A program made the translations under genes and the position numbers. This document shows, in pieces, positions 1 to 9,735 of a stretch of DNA of 64,000 nucleotides. The stretch lies in contig CAXXLL010000003.1 in NCBI GenBank assembly GCA_963662545.2, positions 1,760,001-1,824,000 on the forward strand, in the 5' to 3' direction. The notes beneath the pieces are model-generated. The model did no database searches. It was not told the origin of the DNA and was given only the letters and a program-made list of their open reading frames with translations. Each line of letters starts with the position of its first letter. Positions within the stretch are counted from its first letter, which is position 1. Source of the DNA: Gammaproteobacteria bacterium. Its GTDB lineage: Bacteria; Pseudomonadota; Gammaproteobacteria; Ga0077536.

Positions 1-468
1 TACGGTGAGATCATTTCCACCAGGACTTATGCCGACCGCCTGGAGACGCTCGCGCACGTGCGCGACGCTAACATCAATGTGTGTTGCGGTGGTATCGTCG
101 GTCTCGGCGAAAGCACCGCCGATCGCGCGGAAATGCTGCGCACCCTGGCAAACCTTCGGGAACACCCCGAATCCGTACCGATCAATATGCTGATCCGCGT
201 CGAGGGGACCCCCTTGGCGGACGCCGAGGAAGTCCACCCGATCGATTTCGTCCGTACCATTGCGGCTGCGCGCATTCTTATGCCGCAAGCCGTCGTACGG
301 CTCTCCGCGGGTCGCACGGAAATGACCGACGAGCTTCAGGCGCTGTGCTACTTCGCAGGCGCCAACTCGATTTTCTATGGGGAGGAACTCTTGACGACCG
401 CTAACCCCATCGCCTTTCAGGATCAACGGCTGTTCGAGCGCTTAGGGCTGACTCCGACGGAAGCTTGA
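1..468 (+). CDS. bioB: Biotin synthase, 3' part (5' end outside window)
   Basis: [25 protein letters not shown] and [10 protein letters not shown] motifs; first gene of the bio cluster. Confidence 0.95.
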   Translation, partial: YGEIISTRTYADRLETLAHVRDANINVCCGGIVGLGESTADRAEMLRTLANLREHPESVPINMLIRVEGTPLADAEEVHPIDFVRTIAAARILMPQAVVRLSAGRTEMTDELQALCYFAGANSIFYGEELLTTANPIAFQDQRLFERLGLTPTEA

Positions 469-487
469 TCGCACCCAAGGACGGCAG

Positions 488-1654
488 GTGGCCGCCGATT
501 TCGTGGGACAGCTTACCAGCGCGTTGGAAGCGCGTCGGTCCCGTGGACGTCTGCGTACACTCGAAACGCGTTCGGGCGCGCAGGGTGTCGACATCATCAT
601 GGACGGTCGGCGCGTGGTGAATTTCGCGAGTAATGATTATCTAGGGCTTGCGAACGATCCGCGGATCATCGGGCGTGTCCACGCCGAACTCGATCGGCAT
701 GGCTTTGGCAGTGGTGCAGCGGCCCTTTTGTCGGGGCGTTCACATTTGCACGTCGAACTCGAACGATGCTTCGCGCGCTTCACGGGGATGGAAGCTGCAC
801 TGATGTTTTCGTCCGGTTACCTGGCCAACCTCGGCGCGATCGCAGCACTGGTCGAGCGGCGTTCGTTCGTGTTACATGATCGGCTGAACCACGCCTCCTT
901 GATCGACGCGGTTATCGCGAGCGGCGCGCCGCATCGACGTTATCCCCACCTCGATATGGACAGTCTCGACAAGCGCCTGTCGTGCGCCCCGGATGCGATA
1001 AAATGGATCGTCACGGAATCAATATTCAGCATGGACGGCGATGTAGCGCCACTCGATGCCCTTACCCGGGTGTCCAGAAAACGTGCAGCAAGGCTCTACA
1101 TTGACGATGCTCACGGCTTCGGCGTAACCCATGGAGGACGCGGTGTATGCGGCGCCCTCACGGCCGCTGACCGTGCCGAATGCATCGTCATGGTGACCTT
1201 CGGCAAGGCGCTGGGATCCATGGGCGCCGTGATCCTCGCCTCTCAACAAGTCATCGATTATCTCGTGCAGACTGCGCGAACCTTTGTCTACGACACGGCG
1301 CTTCCGCCGGTGTGCGCCGCCGCCGCTCTGGAAGCGCTCTCAATACTCGACGAGAACGATCGAGCGACCCGAAAACTGGCGGATAACATCACCCATTTCC
1401 GCGCCGCTGCGGCGGCTGCCGGGTTGCCTTTGATGGACAGCAACACCCCGATCCAACCCGTAACCATCGGCGACGATGTGCGCGCCGTCGCCGTCGCCCG
1501 CGGTGTTTGCGAGGACGGATTCTACGTTCGCGCGATCCGCCCGCCGACGGTGCCGAACGGTACCGCGCGGATCCGCATCAGCTTGAGTGCGGCGCATCAG
1601 CGCCACCATTTGGAAGATCTCGCAACTTCGCTGGCGCATCGACTTTCGGTATGA
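488..1654 (+). CDS. bioF: 8-amino-7-oxononanoate synthase
   Basis: NFASNDYLGL, DRLNHASLID, SMDGD, DDAHGFG, TFGKALG (PLP lysine). Confidence 0.95.
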   Translation: MAADFVGQLTSALEARRSRGRLRTLETRSGAQGVDIIMDGRRVVNFASNDYLGLANDPRIIGRVHAELDRHGFGSGAAALLSGRSHLHVELERCFARFTGMEAALMFSSGYLANLGAIAALVERRSFVLHDRLNHASLIDAVIASGAPHRRYPHLDMDSLDKRLSCAPDAIKWIVTESIFSMDGDVAPLDALTRVSRKRAARLYIDDAHGFGVTHGGRGVCGALTAADRAECIVMVTFGKALGSMGAVILASQQVIDYLVQTARTFVYDTALPPVCAAAALEALSILDENDRATRKLADNITHFRAAAAAAGLPLMDSNTPIQPVTIGDDVRAVAVARGVCEDGFYVRAIRPPTVPNGTARIRISLSAAHQRHHLEDLATSLAHRLSV

Positions 1655-2526
1655 CGTTAGTGCTGCAAAATGATGTCGACAAACGACGTGTCGCCGCCAC
1701 CTTCGAGAAAGCGGTATCGACTTACGATGAACACGATTTCCTGCAGCGTGAAGTGGCGGTACGGTCAATGGAACGTCTCGATTACGTTTCGCTGCAGGCG
1801 CGGCGCGTGTTGGACGTCGGCTCCGGAACCGGCCGTTGCGCGAGCGCCCTGGCGCGCCGGTATCGGCGCGCGTCCGTTCTGCAGTGCGACCTCGCCTGGG
1901 GGATGCTTCACCGTGCGCGCACTGGCGCAAGCAGGTTCTTCTCGCGACAAACCTATGTCTGCGCCGACGTCGAGCAGCTGCCACTCAAAGACGATGCTTT
2001 CGATCTGGCCTTCGCCAATCTCTCTCTGCAATGGTGCAGAGATCTAGGGCGGGCCTTTCGCGAAATCCATCGCGTGCTGGAGCCTGGCGGCCTGGTGTTG
2101 TTCACCACCTTCGGGCCCGATACTTTGAAAGAACTGCGCGCTGCCTGGGCGCAGATTTCGAACACGCCACACGTTCTCCGGTTTTTCGACATGCACGATG
2201 TCGGCGACGTGTTGGTCGCGAGCGGGTTCGCCGAGCCCGTGATGGAGACCGATTACATCACCGTGCAATACAACGACGTGATGACCTTGATGCGCGACCT
2301 GAAAGGGATCGGTGCGTCAAACTCGGTGATGGATCGCGGGCGCGGCCTGCTGGGACGACGTGCTCTGAAAGCCTTGATCGATGCATATGAATCCTGTCGA
2401 GACAAGGGTAGGCTCCCGGCCACCTATGAAGTCATCTACGGGCACGCCTGGGCGGCGGACGTGGTCGCAACGGGTCAGGGCGGGGGCGTACACACCTTTC
2501 CTCTCGAACGTCTGAGGCGCAGGTGA
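1651..2526 (+). CDS. bioC: Malonyl-ACP O-methyltransferase
   Basis: VLDVGSGTG SAM motif, NLSLQWC, FTTFGPDTLKELR, ATYEVIYGHAW; ATG at 1651 overlaps the bioF stop. Confidence 0.93.
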   Translation: MTLVLQNDVDKRRVAATFEKAVSTYDEHDFLQREVAVRSMERLDYVSLQARRVLDVGSGTGRCASALARRYRRASVLQCDLAWGMLHRARTGASRFFSRQTYVCADVEQLPLKDDAFDLAFANLSLQWCRDLGRAFREIHRVLEPGGLVLFTTFGPDTLKELRAAWAQISNTPHVLRFFDMHDVGDVLVASGFAEPVMETDYITVQYNDVMTLMRDLKGIGASNSVMDRGRGLLGRRALKALIDAYESCRDKGRLPATYEVIYGHAWAADVVATGQGGGVHTFPLERLRRR

Positions 2527-2530
2527 GGCC

Positions 2531-3226
2531 GTGCCTTTGTTCGTGACGGGTACGGACACCGGCTGCGGCAAAACCGTCGTCAGCTGCGCTTTACTCCGGG
2601 CGCTCGCACGGATGGACATACGCGCGATCGGGATGAAACCGGTGGCGACGGGCGCCAAGCGGGACGGTGAACGCTTGATCAATGAGGACGTGGAAGCGCT
2701 GCGGGCCGCTTCTTCGACGAGCTTACCGCCGGCGATTACCAACCCGTATATATTCGAGCCGCCGTGTTCTCCGCATATCGCGGCCGCTCAGGCTGGCACG
2801 CCCATCGAACTCGATCGCATAGCGACTGCCTATAAAGCCTGCATCGAAAAAGCGGACGAGGTGGTTGTTGAAGGCGTCGGTGGCTGGTGCGTACCGCTGG
2901 GAAACGATCTGTGGTTGGACGAGCTGCCGCGGGCACTCGAACTGCCCGTCCTGTTGGTCGTCGGGGTCAAGCTCGGCTGCATCAATCACGCGGTCCTCAC
3001 GGCCCAGGCTATCGAACGCAGCGGCGCGCGGCTGTTCGGGTGGGTGGCCAATGTACTCGAACCTTCACTGTTCGAACTCGAGACCGTCATCGAGACCTTG
3101 ACGGCGCACATACCGGCGCCCCGGCTCGCCGTGCTAGATTGGGCACCCGGCGCGACCCCCGCCGAACGGGCGCCGCATTTGGGGACGGTGGCCGCGAAAC
3201 TCTCGAGCGAGACGCCACTCGCCTGA
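2531..3226 (+). CDS. bioD: Dethiobiotin synthase
   Basis: FVTGTDTGCGKT, KPVATG, VEGVGG, LGCINHAVLT. Confidence 0.95.
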   Translation: MPLFVTGTDTGCGKTVVSCALLRALARMDIRAIGMKPVATGAKRDGERLINEDVEALRAASSTSLPPAITNPYIFEPPCSPHIAAAQAGTPIELDRIATAYKACIEKADEVVVEGVGGWCVPLGNDLWLDELPRALELPVLLVVGVKLGCINHAVLTAQAIERSGARLFGWVANVLEPSLFELETVIETLTAHIPAPRLAVLDWAPGATPAERAPHLGTVAAKLSSETPLA

Positions 3227-3241
3227 ACGGGCGCAAAGGAC

Positions 3242-3724
3242 ATGGTGAGGCAACTGAACAGAGTCGCAGGCGAAGACGCTTGCTGGGTGTTCAAACCCAC
3301 CCGCTCGATGAGCTGGAAGCAGGCCAAGCGCTTCATCCTCTTCATCGCGATCGTGAGTTTCGGGATCGGAGGCTTTTTCCTGCTGCGCGGCCTGCCCCTG
3401 GTGCTGCCGTTTTCGGGGCTCGAGGTACTGGCCGTCGCGTTTGCCTTCTACCTCGTATTGCGGGACGGCGAGCGGCGCGAAGTCGTGCGGCTTTCAGGCG
3501 ACAGCCTGGTCATCGAAACGGGCTCGGTGGAAATGAAAGATCGCATTGAATTCAACCGGTTCTGGGTGCGGGTCAAACTTGAGAGTTCGCGCTATCGGTA
3601 TCACCCTTCACGCCTCGTCGTCGCCTCGCGGCACCGCAAGCTCGAGTTGGGCCGTTTTCTGAGCGAAGGAGAGCGCGAAACTTTCGCCAGAACGCTCATT
3701 AACGCGCTGGGGGAAAACCGGTAG
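3242..3724 (+). CDS. DUF2244-type integral membrane protein
   Basis: Two TM segments with LPFSGLE and a C-terminal ELGRFL..ER; typical position upstream of coxB. Confidence 0.75.
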   Translation: MVRQLNRVAGEDACWVFKPTRSMSWKQAKRFILFIAIVSFGIGGFFLLRGLPLVLPFSGLEVLAVAFAFYLVLRDGERREVVRLSGDSLVIETGSVEMKDRIEFNRFWVRVKLESSRYRYHPSRLVVASRHRKLELGRFLSEGERETFARTLINALGENR

Positions 3725-3873
3725 ACTATGCCGCTCAGCCGGCGTTGGGCGGTAGATTAAGACGGCGCAGGGGCGCTCCGCCGGACGTCCATCCAAACGA
3801 AACTAAGACACGAAATCCGGGCTTGGGCCGAGTCGGACAGGTTTTAGTGCGACGGTAGGGGGAAGCAATAAGC

Positions 3874-4758
3874 ATGACGTTCTCGATCGATACCGAACGC
3901 TGCAGAAAGCTCGCAATGGCAGGCAGCATTTGGTTGATGCCCTCGATCACCCTGGCGGATTGGGAGTTCAATCTGCCGCGCGGTGTCACACCGTACAGCA
4001 ACACGATCTACGATCTGCACATGCTCGTCACCGGCATCTGCGTCGTCATTGCCGTCCTCGTGTTCGGCACCATGTTTTACGCGATGTTCGCTTTCCGGAA
4101 GTCGAAGGGCGCCGAGGCCGTGCAATGGCACGAAAGTACCACGGTCGAAACCGTCTGGACCATTGTCCCGTTCATCATTCTCGTTTGCATAGCGATTCCG
4201 GCAACGCGCGCGTTGATCATGATGGAAGACGTTTCCGGCGCCGACATGACTATCAAGATCACCGGGTACCAATGGAAATGGCAATACGAGTACGTGGACG
4301 ACGGCATCAGTTTTTTCTCCACGATTACACGCGACGCGAACGTCGCGCGGCAATTAGGCTCAGGTATCGATCCCACGACGATCGATCACTATCTCCTTGA
4401 CGTCGACAAGCGCCTAGTCGTCCCGGTGGGCAAAAAAGTCCGTTATCTGACGACGGCGGCCGACGTGATCCACGCGTGGTGGGTGCCGGCACTCGGATGG
4501 AAACGCGATGCGATTCCCGGCTTCATCAACGAATCCTGGGCCTTGATCGAGGAACCGGGGGTCTACCGCGGACAATGTGCGGAGCTGTGTGGCAAGGACC
4601 ATGGATTCATGCCGATCGTGGTCGAAGCGGTCAGCGAAGAAGACTACGCCAAGTGGGTCCAGGAAATGCAGGCCGCCCAGGCTGATGCCGGCCAGTCCTG
4701 GAAGGCTGCGGCGACGGCCGTAGCTCAACGAGAACAAGAACGGGACACGCGTATCTGA
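3874..4758 (+). CDS. coxB: Cytochrome c oxidase subunit II
   Basis: GYQWKWQYEY, DVIHAW and the CuA motif CAELCGKDHGFM; no fused cytochrome c. Confidence 0.95.
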   Translation: MTFSIDTERCRKLAMAGSIWLMPSITLADWEFNLPRGVTPYSNTIYDLHMLVTGICVVIAVLVFGTMFYAMFAFRKSKGAEAVQWHESTTVETVWTIVPFIILVCIAIPATRALIMMEDVSGADMTIKITGYQWKWQYEYVDDGISFFSTITRDANVARQLGSGIDPTTIDHYLLDVDKRLVVPVGKKVRYLTTAADVIHAWWVPALGWKRDAIPGFINESWALIEEPGVYRGQCAELCGKDHGFMPIVVEAVSEEDYAKWVQEMQAAQADAGQSWKAAATAVAQREQERDTRI

Positions 4759-4835
4759 TAGGGAAATTCAAAGCGCCGGGCATCCCGCCGCCGATTGATA
4801 TCGAACGCCTAACAATCGTCTACGAGGGTAGATTC

Positions 4836-6431
4836 ATGAGTGAGGCAGCGGCCCACCACGATCATCATGACCATCATCCGTCCGGGATGATGCGATGGGT
4901 GACCACGACCAACCACAAGGACATCGGAACGATGTACCTGGTGTTCGCGCTGATCATGTTCTTCATCGGCGGGGCCATGGCGATGATCATCCGCCTGGAA
5001 CTGTTTCAACCGGGCATGCAGTTCGTCGAACCGCAGTTCTTCAATTCCATGACGACGATGCATGCCTTGGTCATGATTTTCGGCGTCGTGATGCCGGCGT
5101 GGACGGGGCTCGCCAACTGGCTGATTCCCATCATGATCGGCGCGCCGGACATGGCCTTGCCGCGCTTGAACAACTGGAGCTTCTGGATCCTGCCGTTCGC
5201 GTTTACCTTGTTGCTGTGCACGCTGTTTCTGCCCGGGGGCGCGCCGGCCGGTGGCTGGACGATGTATCCGCCGCTGGTATTGCAGACGGGTGCCGCTTTT
5301 CCCTTTCTGATTTTCGCCGTTCATTTTATGGGCGTATCATCGGTCGCCGGGGCGATCAACATCATTGCCACGACGTTCAACATGCGCGCGCCGGGCATGA
5401 GCTTAATGAAGCTGCCGCTGTTCGTGTGGACCTGGATCATCACGGCCTTTCTTCTGATCGCGTCGATGCCCGTGCTGGCCGGCGCGGTGACGATGCTGTT
5501 GACGGACAAGTTCTTCGGTACGGGGTTTTTCAGCGCAGCGGCCGGCGGCGATCCGGTCATGTTCCAGCACATTTTCTGGTTCTTCGGCCATCCTGAGGTC
5601 TATATCCTGATCCTGCCGGCCTTCGGGATCGTTTCCGCGATTCTGCCGACTTTCTGTCGCAAACCGTTGTTCGGCTACAGCTCGATGGTGTATGCGAGCG
5701 CCTTGATCGTATTCCTTTCGTTCATCGTCTGGGCGCATCACATGTTCACGGTCGGCATGCCGCTCGCCGGAGAGTTGTTCTTCATGTACACCACGATTCT
5801 GATCGCGGTGCCGACGGGCATCAAGATTTTCAACTGGATCGGGACGATGTGGAGGAGTTCGATGACCTTCGAGACCCCGATGCTCTTCGCGCTCGCCTTT
5901 CTCATTCTGTTTTCTATCGGCGGGTTTACCGGATTGATGCTCGGTGTGACGCCGGTGGATTTTCAGTACCACGACACCTACTTCGTCGTCGCACATTTTC
6001 ATTACGTGTTGGTGACCGGCGCGGTCTTTGCGATCTTCGCGGGAATTTACTTTTGGCTGCCGAAATGGACCGGCCATATATACGATGAAACGCTCGGAAA
6101 ATGGCATTTCTGGTTGTCGCTAGTTTCCGTCAACGTGCTGTTCTTCCCACAACATTTTCTCGGTCTCGCCGGAATGCCGCGGCGGATTCCCGACTACGCG
6201 GTCCAGTTCGCGGATTTCAACATGGTATCGAGTCTAGGCGCCTTCGTTTTCGGCGCGACGCAGATCCTGTTCGTCGTAATTGTCGTGAAGTGCGTTCGGG
6301 GCGGCGAGAAAGCGAGCGACCAGGTTTGGGAAGGGGCGCGTGGTCTGGAATGGACCCTGAGCTCACCGCCGGCCTACCATAGTTTTTCGACGCCGCCCGA
6401 GCCCTCGACCATCGAGGGTGGGATGCGCTAG
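4836..6431 (+). CDS. coxA: Cytochrome c oxidase subunit I (A1 type)
   Basis: NHKDIG, FGHPEVY, WAHHMF, VAHFHYV. Confidence 0.97.
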   Translation: MSEAAAHHDHHDHHPSGMMRWVTTTNHKDIGTMYLVFALIMFFIGGAMAMIIRLELFQPGMQFVEPQFFNSMTTMHALVMIFGVVMPAWTGLANWLIPIMIGAPDMALPRLNNWSFWILPFAFTLLLCTLFLPGGAPAGGWTMYPPLVLQTGAAFPFLIFAVHFMGVSSVAGAINIIATTFNMRAPGMSLMKLPLFVWTWIITAFLLIASMPVLAGAVTMLLTDKFFGTGFFSAAAGGDPVMFQHIFWFFGHPEVYILILPAFGIVSAILPTFCRKPLFGYSSMVYASALIVFLSFIVWAHHMFTVGMPLAGELFFMYTTILIAVPTGIKIFNWIGTMWRSSMTFETPMLFALAFLILFSIGGFTGLMLGVTPVDFQYHDTYFVVAHFHYVLVTGAVFAIFAGIYFWLPKWTGHIYDETLGKWHFWLSLVSVNVLFFPQHFLGLAGMPRRIPDYAVQFADFNMVSSLGAFVFGATQILFVVIVVKCVRGGEKASDQVWEGARGLEWTLSSPPAYHSFSTPPEPSTIEGGMR

Positions 6432-6437
6432 CGGACC

Positions 6438-6563
6438 GTGACCGAGCATAGCGAACTACCCCTGGGGCACGAAGCGCAACGCCGCAGCGCGATACGGCTG
6501 GCGATCGTGCTGGCAGCACTCACCATCGTAATTTACGCTTTGGGGATCGTCTGGCGCCTGTAG
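6438..6563 (+). CDS. Small single-TM protein, probable oxidase assembly peptide (not in ORF track)
   Basis: GTG start, 41 aa MTEHSELPLGHEAQRRSAIRLAIVLAALTIVIYALGIVWRL; fills the coxA-ctaG gap. Confidence 0.65.
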   Translation: MTEHSELPLGHEAQRRSAIRLAIVLAALTIVIYALGIVWRL

Positions 6564-6567
6564 TTTG

Positions 6568-7143
6568 ATGGAAGCGACGCGAGAAGAGGCCAACCGACGT
6601 ACCGCAGTGAAGCTGCTCGCAGTGACTTGCCTGATGTTCGCCTTTGGCTACGCGCTCGTGCCCTTGTACAGCGTGTTCTGCGAGATCACCGGGCTCAACG
6701 GCAAGACCGGGCGCCTGTCGGCGGCGGAAGCTGCGCAGGTACAAGTCGATCTGAATCGTAGTGTCACGGTTGAGTTCGTGACCAGTGTCAATGCTGGCAT
6801 GCCGTGGGAATTCAGACCGCCGGCACGCAAGATCACCGTGCACCCGGGCGTCGCGACGACGGTCGAATTTGAAGCGACCAATTACGCGCAATTTCCCGTC
6901 ACCGGCATTGCCGTTCCGAGCGTTGCGCCGAACGAAGCGGCGCGCTATTTCAACAAGACCGAGTGCTTCTGTTTCACGCAGCAATCACTGGAACCGGGAG
7001 AATCCCGCAAGATGCCGGTCAGGTTCGTGGTCGATCCCAGGCTCCCGGAAAGAGTCGAGGTATTGAAGCTCGCCTACACCTTTTTCGAATCGGTTGAGAC
7101 CGCCAAAGTCAAGGCCGACAAACAGCGCTCACCGCGTTCCTGA
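6568..7143 (+). CDS. ctaG: Cytochrome c oxidase assembly protein Cox11/CtaG
   Basis: VPLYSVFCEITG and KTECFCF Cu-binding motif. Confidence 0.93.
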   Translation: MEATREEANRRTAVKLLAVTCLMFAFGYALVPLYSVFCEITGLNGKTGRLSAAEAAQVQVDLNRSVTVEFVTSVNAGMPWEFRPPARKITVHPGVATTVEFEATNYAQFPVTGIAVPSVAPNEAARYFNKTECFCFTQQSLEPGESRKMPVRFVVDPRLPERVEVLKLAYTFFESVETAKVKADKQRSPRS

Positions 7144-7183
7144 AGCTACCGCCGACACTATTCGACTAACAGAGACTATCGTC

Positions 7184-8059
7184 ATGGTTGAAGCACACTC
7201 CGATTACTACATCCCGGAACCGAGTCCGTGGCCGATGATCACATCCATTGCGATCTTTACAATGTTCGTCGGCGGCGCGACCCTGCTCAACGGAGCCAGT
7301 ATCGGACCGACGATACTGGGGGCGGGGTTCCTGCTGTTCGTCTTCACGCTGTTCGGCTGGTTCGGCACCGTCATAGAGGAAAGCGAAGGCGGTATCTACA
7401 ATGACCAGGTCGATGTCAGCTTCCGCATTTCCATGGGCTGGTTCATTTTTTCCGAGGTCATGTTTTTCGCAGCGTTTTTCGGTGCACTCTATTACTCAAG
7501 GATTTACTCGGTGCCGTGGCTCGCGGGCGAAGGCGCGGGGGCGGCGACGAATCAATTCCTATGGCCTGAATTCGCCGCGGCCTGGCCCTTGTTCGAAACG
7601 CCGTCCTCATATGGGTTTACGCAGTTCAAGGAGACGATCGGGGCATGGGGCGTCCCGTTCTACAACACGATGATCCTGCTTTCGAGCGGCGGCACGGTGA
7701 CCTGGGCGCACTGGGGGCTGAAGAAAGGCAGCCGGCAGCAACTCATCATCGGGCTTGCCCTAACGGTAATACTCGCGGTCTTGTTCGTGATTCTGCAGGT
7801 CCAGGAGTATGGCCACGCATTTCATGAACTGGGCCTGACCTTGAACTCGGGCATCTATGGGGCGACGTTTTTCATACTGACCGGATTTCACGGGTTTCAC
7901 GTGACGATGGGCGCCATCATGCTTTCCTGCATATTGGGGCGGTCGACCAAGGGTCATTTCACCGCCGAGCGCCATTTCGGCTTTGAAGCCGTCGCGTGGT
8001 ACTGGCATTTTGTCGACGTGGTCTGGCTGGGCCTGTTCATCTTCGTGTACTGGGTCTGA
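7184..8059 (+). CDS. coxC: Cytochrome c oxidase subunit III
   Basis: PSPWP, FIFSEVMFF, TGFHGFHV, WYWHFVDVVW; ATG at 7184. Confidence 0.95.
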   Translation: MVEAHSDYYIPEPSPWPMITSIAIFTMFVGGATLLNGASIGPTILGAGFLLFVFTLFGWFGTVIEESEGGIYNDQVDVSFRISMGWFIFSEVMFFAAFFGALYYSRIYSVPWLAGEGAGAATNQFLWPEFAAAWPLFETPSSYGFTQFKETIGAWGVPFYNTMILLSSGGTVTWAHWGLKKGSRQQLIIGLALTVILAVLFVILQVQEYGHAFHELGLTLNSGIYGATFFILTGFHGFHVTMGAIMLSCILGRSTKGHFTAERHFGFEAVAWYWHFVDVVWLGLFIFVYWV

Positions 8060-8156
8060 CGCTAGTACGCATCGGGGGAAGACGGGCGGCACAGGACGTG
8101 ACGCTTTTTTTCCCGGCCCGCTCGCGCGCAAAAGACCTTGGACGAATATTCGTTCG

Positions 8157-8375
8157 TCACCCGTTGGGCGAAAGGATTCCGAGCGCGCTCAAGATCATGA
8201 TCACGACGAACAGTGCAATCGACAAGGCGACTCGTACCGTAAGCACCTTCACCGTTGCCGTATCTTCCTGGTTACTGCCGCGGCTAAACAGGCTCCAACC
8301 GGCAGACCCCAGGGAAATCAGGATGAGCACGAATACGAAAACGACGAGAATTTTGGCAACGGGTAGATCGACCAT
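8157..8375 (-). CDS. Twin-TM small protein (DUF2909/HIG1-like)
   Basis: Two hydrophobic helices with LTVRVALSIALF; antisense position between coxC and SURF1 is typical. Confidence 0.7.
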   Translation of the reverse strand: MVDLPVAKILVVFVFVLILISLGSAGWSLFSRGSNQEDTATVKVLTVRVALSIALFVVIMILSALGILSPNG

Positions 8376-8440
8376 CGGAGGATCGTGAAAGTCATGAATG
8401 TCATCATTATCGTCGATCGAACTTCGAAGCGACACTCAAG

Positions 8441-9163
8441 GTGATGCGGCATCTCATACTCTTTGCGACCTTCGGTACCGTGCTCGCGTTCCTGTGTGCC
8501 CTGGGGTTCTGGCAGTTGCATCGGGCGGAAGCGAAGCGCGTTCGTTACGACACCTTCACCGCGAGATTGAACGAGGCGGCCTTAGGCCTCGACTTGATCG
8601 AGCGGCACACGCCGGCGGCGGAATATCTCTGGCGCCGAACGGACGTAACAGGCCGCTACCTCGAGACGCAGGTGGTGGTCGATAACCGCATCCTCCGAGG
8701 TCAGGCGGGCTACGAAGTCTTGACGCCGTTCGTCTCCCTGGGCGGGCGCGCGGTGCTGATCAATCGAGGCTGGGTCCCCATGGGCGGGCGGCGCAACCAC
8801 GTGCCTGAAATCCCGGTACCTCAAGACGAGATCACGATCAGCGGTTTCTTCGGCCCCGAACCCGTCGTCGGTATCGAATTACCCGGTGCGAGTAGCGCGG
8901 CAGAGCGATTGAGCCCGCGTCTGATCAGGATACAGCGCCCCGTGATCAGAGAAATTGGGGATCTCCTCGGCCGCGAATTATGGCCTGCCTTGATCTACGT
9001 GAAAGCGGGAGCGGCGGGTGCATTAACGGTTGATTTCTCCCCGCCCGGCGATGGCTCGGCCAGGCACACGGCGTACGCGGTACAGTGGTTCAGTATGGCG
9101 GCCATACTAGCCGTCATTGGCTTGTGGAACCTGAGGCGGCGCGGGCGTGGCGCCGATGCCTGA
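8441..9163 (+). CDS. SURF1 family protein
   Basis: LGFWQLHRA, GYEVLTPF, INRGWVP, HTAYAVQWF. Confidence 0.92.
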   Translation: MMRHLILFATFGTVLAFLCALGFWQLHRAEAKRVRYDTFTARLNEAALGLDLIERHTPAAEYLWRRTDVTGRYLETQVVVDNRILRGQAGYEVLTPFVSLGGRAVLINRGWVPMGGRRNHVPEIPVPQDEITISGFFGPEPVVGIELPGASSAAERLSPRLIRIQRPVIREIGDLLGRELWPALIYVKAGAAGALTVDFSPPGDGSARHTAYAVQWFSMAAILAVIGLWNLRRRGRGADA

Positions 9164-9734
9164 TTCCGAACCGCTGACGAACGCGCGCGCCCGGCCGACG
9201 ATTTTGGCATTGATCGGCATTTCCGTCTTGCCAATAGTCCTTGCTTGGTGGCTCGCGGTCGTACGCCCGCCCCTTGGCGAGGGCAAGCTGCTCAATCACG
9301 GGGCGCTCATTCGTCCGCCGATCGATATCGCGCAGACCCCGAAAACGAGGCCGCTCGAGGGAATCGAACTTGCACCGGGCGAGTGGGCCATGGTCTATGT
9401 CGGCGGCGGACCCTGTGAGGCGGCGTGCGAAGCGGTATTGAGCAAGCTGGTGACGATACGCGCTGTCCTCGGTCAGGGAGCAACCCGGGTACGGGTCGCG
9501 GCGCTCGTCGATGCAAGGGCCGGGACCGTAGCGGATGTAGTGCTCGTGACCCACCGCGAAGCGCGTTCGCTTGTCAGCACAACGCTCGGCGCCCGGGTCG
9601 CGGCTGACACGGAGCGTGGTATCGTGTTCCTGGACTGGCGCGGCCAAATCATGATGTATTTCGACGCCGATGCGCCGCCGGGAGACATCAAGAAAGACAT
9701 CAAGCGCCTGCTTCGCGCTTCGAAGATCAAATAA
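9156..9734 (+). CDS. Membrane-anchored SCO/thioredoxin-like cox accessory protein
   Basis: N-terminal TM, CEAAC (CxxxC), C-terminal DIKKDIKRLLRAS; between SURF1 and ctaA. Confidence 0.65.
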   Translation: MPDSEPLTNARARPTILALIGISVLPIVLAWWLAVVRPPLGEGKLLNHGALIRPPIDIAQTPKTRPLEGIELAPGEWAMVYVGGGPCEAACEAVLSKLVTIRAVLGQGATRVRVAALVDARAGTVADVVLVTHREARSLVSTTLGARVAADTERGIVFLDWRGQIMMYFDADAPPGDIKKDIKRLLRASKIK

Positions 9735-9735
9735 C

